A stretch of 64,000 nucleotides of DNA from positions 1,588,573 through 1,652,572 of the forward strand of contig CAJINV010000004.1 of assembly GCA_905178155.1 (NCBI GenBank), written 5' to 3'. Below are positions 1 to 11,334 of the stretch, piece after piece (position 1 is the stretch's first letter; each line of letters begins with the position of its first letter). The position numbers and the translations under genes are program-made. The notes under the pieces are model-generated. The model did no database searches and was not told the origin of the DNA. It saw only the letters and a list, made by a program, of their open reading frames with translations. The DNA is from Amoebophrya sp. A120. Taxonomy: Eukaryota > Protista > Dinoflagellata.

Positions 1-276
1 CACGACATTTGTTTCGCTTTCGTCCACACCTCCTGGTCATAAAGCATTGAGGTGGCAAGAATCTCCAAAAGGCTCCGCGTCACGAACGACGGTTGGAGTT
101 GAAGGTCTTGATTCTCATTCTCTATCTTGTAGGTACATACTTAAGTAGGTGTAAATTTTTAGTAGGCTGCAACTTGCCTACTTCACAAGAAGATAGTTGT
201 AACCTCCCAGTAGCAGCGAAGATAGATTTCAATAATCAAATATTTCATTCCAGACGATCAGGGCAATATAATAGCG

Positions 277-3200
277 ATGATGTCGGCGGCGTCGGAGCAA
301 AGGACGGCACCGCGACCTGCAGTCACTTGCTCGCAGCGACACCAGGGATCGACCGACAACAACTCATCTTTGAGAAGAAAACAGCGTCAACAACAAGCAC
401 CGGGGGCATGTTCTAGTGCTACTTTGCGAGGAGGACGAGGAGGAAGGACAACCACAACCATGTATCTTATGTAAAAACGTACCCACCCCATAGTCAAGAT
501 GGGGAATCGGCTAGACAAATCCACGAGCTTTGGCTGTTTCGCATGACAAATTTGGACGCGTAGTGTAGTACTGTTTGAGCTATTTCAGCAGCATTACAGA
601 TCTAGTCTCTCATGCTGATTGGAGCATGACAAATTTCAAAACACCATTAGAAAATGCTTCTCATCGGGCTCCGCATGAGAAACATTTTAAGCATGCAGAT
701 TTGCATGACAACTATGGTGTGGGTACGTTTTTACTCAGGATACCATGAGAGCTCTGTCCTCGGCTGCCGGTTTGCTATGCATTGCAAATATGTCTGGGTC
801 TGGAAGAATGCAAACTTGTGATGCGCATTTCACAACGCATAAGAATCTCTCATGCATAGGCAGCAAAAGCTGCCTACTTTCTGTCACCAAAATCAGGCAT
901 CTGTGATGCAGATTCGGCATTGCGGAAGCTTCTCGAAACCTGTGATGCTAGAGCTTCCATGCCAGACCTTCTGTGTCATGCAAAAGCAGCATGACTCTTC
1001 ACTTCCAGACCCAGACATTTTTGCATTTGATATTTGCTGATCGGATGCAATTACGGTCCAGAACAAGTGTCGGCGCAAACGTTTACCTTCCAGATGGGGG
1101 GAGGCGGTGGGGTATCAAATGTAAAAATGTCTGGGTCTGGAAAGTTGGAACTTGTGATGCTAACTTTAGACTCTAAAAAAATCTGTATTGCATGACCAGC
1201 AAGAGGAGCCACATTTGTGCTACGCGAGGAGGGCATTTGTCATGCGGAAATGGCATCAGGAAGCTTCCCATAAATCTGTGCTGCTGGGTCATGCATTACA
1301 AGCATCATGGATCATGCCAGACAAGCATGACAAGCCTTCCATTCTTCCAGACCCAGACATTTTTACATTTGATATGGGGGCCTCGGCGACATTTTGGGCG
1401 CCATGATGGGCGGAGGAAGTGAGTTTTTTTTTGAAGACACATCTACCCTGGTAGAGCCTTTTCGTGGAGTGACTGGAGGGAGTTTCCCCCCGTCCGTTTT
1501 TGTATATGGGCTGGCAGATCCCTAGAAGCTAATGCCTGGAGTTGTTGGTCTTCCACCCCTCTGAGTGGGGTCGGGGAAGGAGCCAACGCGGACGTAGTCC
1601 GCAGATTTCGCTGGATAGGTTGCTTTGTGATGGATTCACATCGTTCTCGCGTTCTAATGAATGGTAGCTCATGTGCTCAGAGTGCACCGCAGCGCCATTC
1701 CGCCATTGAGGGCGTTTCCCAGCGGGGAAGGGTGATTTAGGAAGGTCGCGTTCTAATGAATGGTAGCTCATGTGCTCAGAGTGCACCGCAGTGCCATTCC
1801 GCCACTGAGGGCGTTTCCCAGCGGGGAAGGGTTATTTAGGAAGTTTTCGCTTTAATGGATGGTAGCTCATGTGCTCAGAGTGCACCGCAGTGCCATTCCG
1901 CCACTGAGGGCGCTTCCCAGCGGGGAGGATGGGTTTCAGGATGGTTTTGCGGTTTTTACAACTAGTAAGTGGATCAGGAGGTCGATGTACCAAGATGCCT
2001 ACTCATGGATATTTCTGTTTTTCGAGCCCGTGGGGATATGGGCTGTTCTTTGTTTTCGCTCCTCGTTAGGGCAGGATGTTTCATTCCGAGCTCTGGCCCT
2101 CAAGCTCGGGGTCCTAGATGGGCTGGCTGGAGTTTGTTTTTGTTCGCGTTTCTAGGGAATATGCGGCAGTGCTGGGGAGCATTATGGTGCTGCTCAGGGT
2201 GCAAGGCGGGTTTTGCTCGCCCTTCGATATGTTGCGGGTTTTTCAGCTTACTAGCTACTACTCCGAGTAAGGGCAGGAGGCTCCGAAGCCTCGTTTGGGA
2301 AGCCCTGTCGGGGCCGGATACCTCGCTGTGCTGGTTTTTTAGCGGAAGCCTCGTTTGGGATGACCCGCTTGTCTTGTCGGGTCGGCTAGGCTAGGATAGC
2401 TACCGGGGGTGGTCGAGAAGGCTTTTTGTGCTTTCCTGACGTTAGTCTGTTTAATCTGCTACTCTTGGATCGCATGGGATTTGAGTGCCACAGTGGGAGG
2501 CCAGCTTGGTGCTTGGCTGTTCTAGTCCGTCGCGTTAGCGCCATTTTGGGCGCCATTTTGGTTCTTGGAGCTTGGCGACATTTTGGGCGCCATGATGGGC
2601 GGAGGAAGTGAGTTTTTTTTTGAAGACACATGCGCGCCAAGCAAAAGAAACAGCGCCGGGGCGCAGCCGGCCGGCGTTGCGCCCCCTGGGCATTGGCCCG
2701 GCGCGCGAGCAGTGTATCCGGGCTGCGCGGGTGTCTGCGTTGTGTGGCCGCCGGTGTGTGCCCGCCCCCGCCCGCCGCCCTAGCAGGGCCGGCCGGGGCT
2801 TGGAAAGCGGAAGCGCGGAAGCCAGGCAGGCTCTTGTTCGCCCCTTTCGGTTTTTGTCGGTCCACCTCCGGCCGGCGCCGGACGTCGAGGTAGCCCGTCT
2901 GCCCGTGGCGCGTTGTTGGCAAGATGGAAAACCCGGGCGCGCGGCCTCTTGGCCGGATCTGCGAGTAGGGATGCCCATCAAGCGGAATTGCGACTGGCCG
3001 CGAAGGGAGGGCTGGGGCCGGTCGGCCTTCTCCTGGTCCCCGGCCGGTGGGTTTCGGGAGGGGAACAGGCTAGCGGAGGGCATCGGCAAGCAGCGGCAGG
3101 CGCAGAAGCTTGGCGCGCATCCGCGCTGCCGTGGTTTTATCGGGCCCTCCACAGAAAGTAAGGGGGTTCGGTTGAGGAGGCGCAGGGCCGACCGGGTGGG

Positions 3201-6200
3201 ATTTTGGCCATAAAGCTTGCCGGGCGGAGTCGGCCCTCCGCGCGAGGGGGGGGCCGGCTCGGTAGCCCAGCGGCAAGGCCCTGGCGCAAAGTACTTGCCG
3301 GGCGCGGAGGGCGCCCGCCGGTTTATACCGGAAAGGGCCGGGGTTGCGGTGTCTTTGGGGCCTGGCGCTTCTGGGGGGTATACGATTACCCAGCGACGAC
3401 ACCTCTCGCGGGGTGGGTGGGAGCATAGTTTTCGGAGGGCGCCATGATGGGCGGAGGAAGTGAGTTTTTTTTGAAAGGGTTCAATTTATTATGAAAGAAA
3501 TAGGAAATCGAAATGGAAGCGATCCTCTGTGCAGCACGAAGATCATCTTGCATGGTTGTTGTTTGTTTTCTTGTTCAACACCCGTTCATTTTCATTACTG
3601 TCTGTATCATCTGCAAATATTACATGACTACAAATAAAACAGTGCAAGCGCAGGGTCCCCGGGAACTCCCGTGGCCGGCAGGCGTGACGCAGAAGGTGGA
3701 TCCGTCGTTCGAGTGGCTTGTGAACACGGAGTGGGCGGTATCCGCGTGCACAAGAAGAACTCCTCCTCGTCTATTGCCGCGACATTTGATTTCATGCAGG
3801 AGAACACGATCCTATTCTAATCCTTGAATTCAATTTCAAGTTTGACTATTCCCGCATGACAAGCTCTTTGGTGAGGATCTGAAACCGCGTAGCGCACAGC
3901 ACCGGACGGCGCTAAGTAGTAAGTACAGAGGTAGATGACCTCGAAGATCTAAATGGTTTGTCTTGCACAAAAAGCTGCTCCCAGCACGTGGTTCCAGCTG
4001 CTGATGAATGCTTCGGTTGCTGTAGATCATGCAAGAACGCAAATTATGGGGCGGGTCGGGGCAATTATTATGACACGGGGTCTCGTTCTTGCGCATCCTC
4101 ATAGGCGGGTAAGGCAGGCTCCTACATTTTCAACCGCGACGGGGAGCTCGGGGGGACGGTAAAGTCCTGCGCTCGCCAGGAGGGGATCTGTAAGTGGAGC
4201 GCCACGAAGACGCACGTCTACCTGAACACGCCCGACACGCAGAAGACGCCGGAGTCGGTGCTGAAATTAGTTGTCCGAGGTACTTATTTTTAGAAAAAAC
4301 AGATGTATTGATGGCGTTGGTTCTTCTCTAGTGGGGTTTTTGTTTCATTTTTTCGAAGAATATTTATGGAATTTCGATTTCAAAAAGCGACATGAAATAA
4401 AGCGAATCTTCAGCATGAGCAACTGCAACAGCAGCACCAGCAGCACACCAAGTTTTAGATAGTACCAGGCCTCCAGATGAAAAGGTAAAGAAGAAGATGA
4501 TAGCTACAACACCTTCTATCTTTCTAACTACAGGTTCCCAGGCGTACGAAAGCAAGAGTGCTGAGGCGAAAGCACGGCTGGACGCGCACAACGAGGAGGA
4601 GCTGAAGGCAACGAGATTAGAGACCGCAAAAGCAGCCCGGGGAACCGGCAAGCCGAGTGTGATCACTTTCGTCAAAATCGCAGCAAGTGGCGAAGAGGAC
4701 TCACGTAATATTGATTGATTTTTCTACCGTCGAAATGATGTTGTAAAGGAATGATGAGGTAAAGGTGTATGTACATCACGTAGATTGTTGTAGAGTCATA
4801 GAATTTTTGCTATATTTTCTGTTATGTGCTCAACCACGATCGTTGGACCAACGATTGGTTGAAAAGTGATTCGCGAGAAGAGCAACGCTCGAGTTTTTGG
4901 TTATAGAAACCCAACATATGCCTCACTTTGAATCTTGTTTTTTCACACCTATGATCAAGGATGCCGTGCCGGAACTCGTTCTTACAACGCCGCATCTGCA
5001 GTAAATTTTTGCGCAACGTATGAAATGAATTAATAATTCAAATTCCGTCTCTTCAACCTACTACAGTTTTAGCAGAGGATGCCTTCGCGGTGCTCGACGT
5101 GACGGAGGAGTCATCGCCGTCTGAAATCAAGAAATCCTATCGCATATCAAATGCAAAAGTGTCTGGGTCTGAAAAGGTTGAACTTGTATTGCGTGTCCAG
5201 GACTCCCGAAAAATTTGTATTGCATAAAAGCAACAAAAGCGCCACGATGTCGTCATGAAAGAGCGCAGTTTGCCATGCGCATTAAGCATGAGAAAGCGTT
5301 TGAAAAATTTGTCATGTAACACTGCACTTAGAGGCGCACTCACTCATGACCATTCAGCATTACAGGTTTGCAGACCCAGACATATTTGCATTTCATACCG
5401 CAAGAAGTCCGTGACACACCACCCAGACAAGGGAGGGGATCCCGCCCTGTTTGAGAAGATCCGTCAGGCGTACGAAATTTTGTCCGAGCCAGAGAAGAAA
5501 GAGCAGTACATTGCTGGCGGTGCACTACTGGTGAAAAATGTGGAAACCTTCACGAAAGAAATGGAAGGACAGGTATAAATATTGACAGAAAACTTATAAC
5601 TGATGGTAGAAGTAGAAGATAGAAGGCGTGGTCGTGGGGGTTAACTACGCGCAGTAGAAGATCTTCACGGTTAAGGATCAAAAGAGTCTTCAGATGTCCT
5701 GCTTGTGCGGGGCAATAAAAGCTCCGACTGACAGTCAGACGCTTACTTGCATTGTAAGATGCGGTATTAACCATAACCGCAAGGAGATAAATGAGGCGAA
5801 ATGGACACCACGCGACCATGAAGATGCTTTCACTTTAATAATGTACATCAGGTCGCGCAGCAAATGGCGCAGCTGGACCAGCAGATTCCGAAGAACCACC
5901 CCATGCGGGCCCAAGCCGAAGCGCAGATCAAGGCGCAGCAGCCCAACAAGGCGCAAATGAAGCAGCAGGTCGAGCAGCGCTTGCGACAGGAGGATGTCTC
6001 CGTAGACGTCCCCGTGTCCCTGGAGGAACTTTTTGCCGGAACGGAATCGGTATACCGTATTTTTGATATAGTGACCACAATGTGCTACTAGGTACAGTAG
6101 GATTGACAGTGACAGGCTCAGGCTTGTTTTGTACAGGACAGTAAATAAACTGATAGCTTCTTGCACATCCAGAAAGAAATTTCGGGCCGCATCAAGATGC

Positions 6201-8203
6201 GTGGCGTTCTCTTTCAAGCACAAATCGCGGATGAAACAAATCAAATCAGAAATCCTACTCCTTCCCCCGTCTAACAATTTGCCGGGGCTGCCGCGCCAAT
6301 CCCAGCAGTATGCGAGAGAAAAAGTTAGCATGGCTGCATATTTGCAAAAATACGAAAAATATTCGTTCCACAAAGAACCTCTCCAGCAGCAGTACTATGA
6401 TGCGAAACAGTTGTATGCTATGAGCTCGTGGTCGCGCATGGCAGCTTTTCTTGAGTTTCCTGTGTCTTTTCGTTTGCATGATAAAATGCAATGAAAATAA
6501 GAATGCGACATCAATATCATGCTAGTTACTTGTTCTCTCTGATACCGAGCGAGCAATGCAAGGAATGCGGACGCTGCCCCCCGGAGGTGCGGCAGATCCC
6601 CAAAATGCAGGGCCCCTTCATGGTCGGCTCCAAGACGGTAGAAGTAGATACGCATTGCAAATATCGATCTGGGTCTGGTTCAAGGACGCAAGAAGTTTGT
6701 CATGCTTGTTGCGCGTGACTCTTGAATCTGTACAATGCGACGTGACCAGGAAAATAAATGCCTAAGAGGCAGCCTCTTGCCTGTCATGCAAGAGTGCAGT
6801 TTTCCATGCGGAAATCGAAGAACCACAAAGGAGCCCAGAAGCTTGTGAAGATGCGTGGTTCCGGATAATTGCAGTGTCCTCCCACGACCATTCACAAACT
6901 AGGATCACAAGTCTCCAGACCCAGGTCGATATTTGCAATGCATAGTGGAATCCCGCGAACGGTGTCGCGAGCAGCCGGTCGAGATCCGAAATCTGCGGGT
7001 CACTGCTAACGCTGCCGACGGGACCAAGATGCGGTCCATGCGGGGCATGAGCCATCAGACGCCCGGTCGCTTGCCCGGCAACGTGCGCTTTGTCGTCAAG
7101 AGGGAACCCCACGACACGTATTTTCTTTTTTCAGAGGCGCAAATATGATTTCTTTTGACAAGCTGATCCAGGATTGGATTTGGAAGGAGGTTGGAACCAG
7201 CCATGCATGACAGACTTACAAGAATTGGATGCACAGCTGCAAGTGTCTGAATCGATGACAAATTCGCAGATATTTTTCAATGGACGATGATCTCTACACG
7301 GTGCTGACCATTTCCCTCTCACAAGCCTTGTACGGGTTCCAAGGAAAGTGGCGCGTATTGAAAGACCACGAGTACGTCTTCATCGACAAGGCGGGCAAAA
7401 CCACGCAACCAAACGAAATCATGCGAATCAAGGGGAAAGGTTTCAAGGAATTTTTTATTTTCATTCTCTTGTGTATACCATTTCCATTACCATGATATGT
7501 GCTCTTGTAGACGTCCCATTATATTAACCCATGATCAGAGCAGCGCTTTGACACTAAGGCCCATAATTCTTCCATTGACAATTAGCGTGAGCGTGACTGC
7601 ATGAAGATACGAAGATGTTTGACACCAAATCGAGGTATGTACAATGCGTACGGGGTATTGAAAGGAAAAACTCCCCCTCCCCATATCGAAACGGGATTTC
7701 TGATGCTGGATTTGTGTACACGAATCAGCTTTGTATTGCGGGAAGGCATTCCGGCTAGATCCCCAGCCTAGGTAGGGGTGTATCGGTCTAGTTGCTCAGC
7801 ATCGCAAACGGCTCCCCTTTAGGCCCAACAACATGACAAATCGCGTCCATAATGGGGGCGAAGCTTCTGGCCTTGTCTTCTTGCAAGACAGATGTGATTT
7901 GTGACCTCAAATCAGCAGCGCAAACTTCCGGAAACATGCCTTTTCGATGTGGGGAGGGGGGATTTTTCCTTTCGATACGGGGGGCGTGGCGACTTGGTGG
8001 TGCGGTTCAATGTGGAATTTCCCGAGTCCGGAGCCAATGTGAAGCTCGAGAAACCGAATGAGATCGAAGTGCTGAATACGCCGCAGCTAAAGGCCGAGAT
8101 GGACCTGATCAAGCATGACGAGAAACTCTACAAAGCCTGGGTGGAGACGGTGCCGGGGAAGAAGAAACGCAGCAAGAAGGGGGGCAGAAAGGAGGAGCTC
8201 TAG
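277..8203 (+). CDS. ER-type DnaJ/Hsp40 co-chaperone (ERdj3/DNAJB11-like), multi-exon
   Basis: Spliced reconstruction: hydrophobic leader MRALSSAAGLLIG (ATG 460; upstream in-frame ATG 277), J-domain DAFAVLDV..EIKKSYRKKSVTHHPDKGGDPALFEKIRQAYEILS (5067-5490), Cys-rich ICRGCR..CKECGRCPPE, C-terminal domain PGNVRFVVK..DDLYTVLTISLSQALYGF..IKGKGM..RGDLVVRFNVEFP, ends KEEL*. Eight introners plus GT-AG introns 1419-3642, 4280-4533, 4705-5066, 5573-5851, 6050-6249, 7118-7269, 7440-7634, all phase-consistent. Confidence 0.9.
463..742. mobile_element. Introner, TIR family B (TATCCTGAGTAAAAACGTACCCAC type)
   Basis: TIRs; TSD CCATG/CCATG; reverse-orientation sibling of 17610, 22702, 48448. Confidence 0.93.
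776..1032. mobile_element. Introner, TIR family A (TATCAAATGCAAAAATGTCTGGGTCTGGAAG type)
   Basis: TSD TTTGC/TTTGC; close copies at 17317, 21227, 36249, 41658. Confidence 0.93.
1113..1374. mobile_element. Introner, family A
   Basis: TSD TGGGG/TGGGG; about 30-bp perfect TIR. Confidence 0.93.
1443..2573. mobile_element. Long-TSD insert X1 (1.13 kb)
   Basis: Flanked by identical 58-bp direct repeats 1385-1442 / 2574-2631 that include the DnaJ exon end and GT donor. Confidence 0.75.
1647..1945. repeat. 99-bp tandem repeat x3 inside X1
   Basis: Units start at about 1647, 1746 and 1846: ..AATGGTAGCTCATGTGCTCAGAGTGCACCGCAG[C/T]GCCATTCCGCCA[T/C]TGAGGGCG[T/C]TTCCCAGCGGGGA.. Confidence 0.92.
2625..3436. 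mobile_element. Long-TSD insert Y1 (0.8 kb, very GC-rich)
   Basis: Followed by a third, 39-bp copy of the target at 3437-3475. Confidence 0.72.
3739..4103. mobile_element. Introner, singleton family
   Basis: TSD GGCGG/GGCGG; imperfect TIR TATCCGCGTGCACAAGAA / TTCTTGCGCATCCTCATA; removal restores EWA|GKAGSY. Confidence 0.82.
5145..5397. mobile_element. Introner, family A
   Basis: TSD TCGCA/CCGCA; splits the J-domain at SYR|KK. Confidence 0.92.
6309..6544. mobile_element. Introner, singleton family
   Basis: TIR TATGCGAGAGAAAAAGT..AGCATG / CATGCTAG..ACTTGTTCTCTCTGATA; decayed TSD AGCAG/CCGAG; frame restored. Confidence 0.82.
6649..6944. mobile_element. Introner, family A-like
   Basis: TSD GTAGA/GTGGA; TIR TACGCATTGCAAATATCGATCTGGGTCTGG. 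Confidence 0.9.
7656..7977. mobile_element. Introner, family C (C-run TIR)
   Basis: TSD CGGGG/CGGGG; siblings 13337, 42719. Confidence 0.92.
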
Positions 8204-8536
8204 ACGAGCCGTTTTATCTACTAACTTGATAGTCGGGAAGATGTTTATGTTTTCATGGTAGCGTGATACTTACAACTCATATTCAAATCGTACGTAGAGA
8301 ACAATTTCCTTTTGTTCCAACGAAGGTCTCGACCCGACACGCGACACAACAGGAATGGAAGTTAGGTCGTGCAGAACATCGCACGTTATTTATTTAGCGA
8401 ATAAAGTAGACGAAAGAAAGCCAAAGCATCAGCATTTCGATTTGAAGGATCCTCTACGATGCGTGACAAAGGTATGTAAAGTCGATTTCTTTTTCGTGGA
8501 TGATAAAGATGTACGCCCCCGCTTCCTTTTTCACGG

Positions 8537-8581
8537 CCCCGAGTACCTACAGAAGGATATCCCCGAGTACCTACAGAAGGA
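8537..8581. repeat. 24-bp tandem duplication just past the minus-strand stop codon
   Basis: CCCCGAGTACCTACAGAAGGA x2. Confidence 0.8.
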
Positions 8582-8585
8582 CTAC

Positions 8586-9935
8586 TCAGGGTACCCGAGG
8601 ATAAAGCTGTGCCTTCTCCTCTTCATCCAGTACCAAGTCCGCCAAGGACTCGTGAAACTCCTGCGCGATTTGGGTCAAATTTCTGGAGAATTTCTGGTAG
8701 ATTGCCCCCCTGTAAATGTTCCGGATGTAGCCCATGCGCCGGAGAATTATCGGGTCCTGCCCCGACTGCGCCTTGTACGATTCTGCGATCACAGCGGCGC
8801 CGCGAGGGGACACATCGACACCGGCGAGGGGGTGGGTGGCGTTTTTACCGTTAGTGGAATTACCTCCATCAGCAGTTGCTAGTTCCGCTGCTGCGACGGC
8901 TGTCGCTTGCTCCTGTTGTTCCTTTAATAGCTGTTCCTGTTGCTCTTTTGCGGCAGTACTATCGAAGAGATGTTTGTAATACTGCGTTTCAAACTGGGAT
9001 ATGGTGCTCTCCTCCTCCCGCAACGCTTTGATCTGTCGGATGAAAGGAGCTTCCTCTCCTCTAGAAGTTGCCGTGTCAGGACCAGGAGCACTTCCACCAT
9101 TAACAATCTCCTGCAGCTCCCGCCTTCTCTGCTCCAGCCGCGCAACCAACTCTCTCGGCGCCCACCGGTCTGTGTGTTTGCCGAGCCCGACGGCGTTTGT
9201 CCGGTCCTCCGCGCGGAAAAAGAATTCTTGGTACTGGGCATCTTGTTCGTCATACGCAGAGACGAAGAAATTTATTGGGTTGTGCATAATCTTCCCCACG
9301 CCGGCGGGCAGGGGAGCGTCGGGCGTGGCGGTGGAAGTATTCGTCGAGCTCGCGGCGCCGTCTATCGACACAGTATTTTTATCGTTGCCTTCTTGCGTGG
9401 TAGCCAAATCTGTGTTGCTTGTACCAGCACTGTCTGTTGCTCCTGCCGTAGCAGCTACAGGAGCTCCTTGGCTCTTCAGCGCTCCGGTTCCCGAAACCGA
9501 GGTGTGAATGAATTGCGCAGTACTCGTAGTACCTTGCGGTGGTCCTCCACTTCCGGGTTGTACACCTGCTGGTGGAGCGCCGGGTGGTTGTCCACCTGTA
9601 GTCTTGTTCTGCTGGTAAATCAGCTCCGCCGTGCTTTCCAAATGGTCGTAGACATCGTAGCCCTCCTTTAAGTGGTAATTGTACCCGTGCAACCACGATT
9701 CCTGAAACGTGTTCGTCAGCCAGTGCGCCGGAAACGTCCCCCCCTGCACGGATTCCCGCCTCGCCGACCCGTAGAACAGAAAGAAAGACGGGTGTTCCGG
9801 CGAATTTTCCGCGTAGCACTCCTCTGGCAGCTCCACGATCTCGACCCGGGAAAGCTCCCCCCAAATTTGTCGCTCTTCTTCCCACTCGAAAATCTCCTTG
9901 CTATCGTAGATGGCTCTGCTAGCCTCTTTTTCCAC
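8586..9935 (-). CDS. Hypothetical protein (probably the terminal exon; 5' end unresolved)
   Basis: 449-codon open frame with globular-looking and low-complexity segments. In-frame stop at about 9966-9968 and no ATG at the listed start, so upstream exons are likely. Only minus-strand gene seen. Confidence 0.6.
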   Translation of the reverse strand: MEKEASRAIYDSKEIFEWEEERQIWGELSRVEIVELPEECYAENSPEHPSFFLFYGSARRESVQGGTFPAHWLTNTFQESWLHGYNYHLKEGYDVYDHLESTAELIYQQNKTTGGQPPGAPPAGVQPGSGGPPQGTTSTAQFIHTSVSGTGALKSQGAPVAATAGATDSAGTSNTDLATTQEGNDKNTVSIDGAASSTNTSTATPDAPLPAGVGKIMHNPINFFVSAYDEQDAQYQEFFFRAEDRTNAVGLGKHTDRWAPRELVARLEQRRRELQEIVNGGSAPGPDTATSRGEEAPFIRQIKALREEESTISQFETQYYKHLFDSTAAKEQQEQLLKEQQEQATAVAAAELATADGGNSTNGKNATHPLAGVDVSPRGAAVIAESYKAQSGQDPIILRRMGYIRNIYRGAIYQKFSRNLTQIAQEFHESLADLVLDEEEKAQLYPRVP

Positions 9936-11334
9936 ATAGAAGGCATACGCACAACTACGTCGTACTTAGTAGCAGACGTCGATGGTTGTACCAAGAAACC
10001 CACATCCAATGCTGTACACGTCATCCTCCACATCTGTACAACAACTGTTCTTCGTTCTAAATTCTATACTTGTAGTGGCACGGGCACCTACCCGCTATTG
10101 AATTTTGCCCAACATAGTACCAACACAGAACTCCCCGAGTACTTACAACCGGACGAGCAGGGGCTCCTGAATTGGATGTCTTCGATGTCTCTGGTGGTGA
10201 CAAAACACACGAAAAAGCCACGACTGCGCGCAGTTACTTAACTTATCATCACACGAAAAAGCATGATACGCACCATACCTAACGACAGAAGCACCTTTGT
10301 AAAAACGACCATGACCAGCAGAAGCAGGTGTCTCTTTGGTTCATTTTCAAGATTACAACTAAGAAGTACAAAGCGACCGACGAACCCCCATGAACGAATG
10401 GAACCACGCAGCGCCTGGCGTAGTTCACACCAGAAACCTTTATACGATGTGAAATATCGACATTTTCCGGGGGAATAACTTTGTTTGAACGGTATCAATT
10501 CGGCGTTTGATGCGAGGCAGAAAGGCGGTTTTTCTGTCGAGCACGGTATGAAGTAAAATACACGGAACATGAGGCCCGAAGAAGAAGAGCGACCCGCCGC
10601 TCCCGCCAATGTTGTTCGTAGGATCTACTTGTCCAGGTCGTCTAGACCACACGTAGGTAAACACGACCGGAATTCTCTTCCACAGTACACATAATGTTGT
10701 CGTGCTTTTCTTTTATTTGCGCGTGTGGAAATTGATACTCTCTTGCTTCAAATTGCGAATTTGCTGATCCAAAATCAAAAGCAAAGTCATTGCACAAGAA
10801 GAATTGTACCTAATTTGTCCTTTGCTCCATCATCATGGAACGGTTTTTTTTTGCTTTTTGTTTCATTCTAAGTAAGTTATCTGAAGAGTTCACTTCACAT
10901 TTATCAGGCTGCGTTGTAGAAGGGTGATGCGATTATTTGAAAGTTATAACGTCGCATCTTATCTGTATTTAAGAACACGAATTCTCTCAACCATTTTTCT
11001 ACTTTTAGAAAGATCTTTAGTCGCGCTTTTCTGTTCTTGCGCAGGCAGCATAAGAATAGGAACGGAAGGAACAAGCAAAAGCGAAACCGGGCCGCGGCTA
11101 AACCTAAAGCCGCGTAGAAATACTTATTACTCTTCAGCAACATAATGTGCGAAACTGCTTCCCTGCCCCTCTGAAAGAAGTGGAAGCGACGAGCTTTCTG
11201 CCACACCAAAATTACGAAACAAATGGAGTACGGAACTTAATCCTCAAGAACTTACTTCTGCACGAGGACCTCAGAAGACGGCGACAGCAATTTCACCGAA
11301 TAGTACTCATTCCGAAAAAAGTGTAGTAAAAAAA

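Noticed and set aside
735-1422. Many short ORFs with recurring peptides (LPDPDIFAFD, KMSGSGR, QKCLGLE, KNVWVWK, WVRFYSGY) here and throughout the window
   Set aside because: They are translations of introner TIRs in different frames, not a protein repeat family.
2526-2570. Tandem GCCATTTTGG resembling relict dinoflagellate spliced leader (CCGTAGCCATTTTGGCTCAAG)
   Set aside because: Explained by slippage on the adjacent target CATTTTGGGCGCCAT; lacks CTCAAG and is not upstream of a start codon.
2386-3447. Overlapping 100-205 aa ORFs in GC-rich inserts (also 14479-15643 and 31034-34009)
   Set aside because: Open on several frames and both strands because of high GC; no RT, transposase, recombinase or nuclease motifs recognised.
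1385-3475. Repeat-spacer-repeat layout as a CRISPR array
   Set aside because: Repeats are host exon sequence, spacers are about 1 kb, there are no cas genes and the context is eukaryotic.
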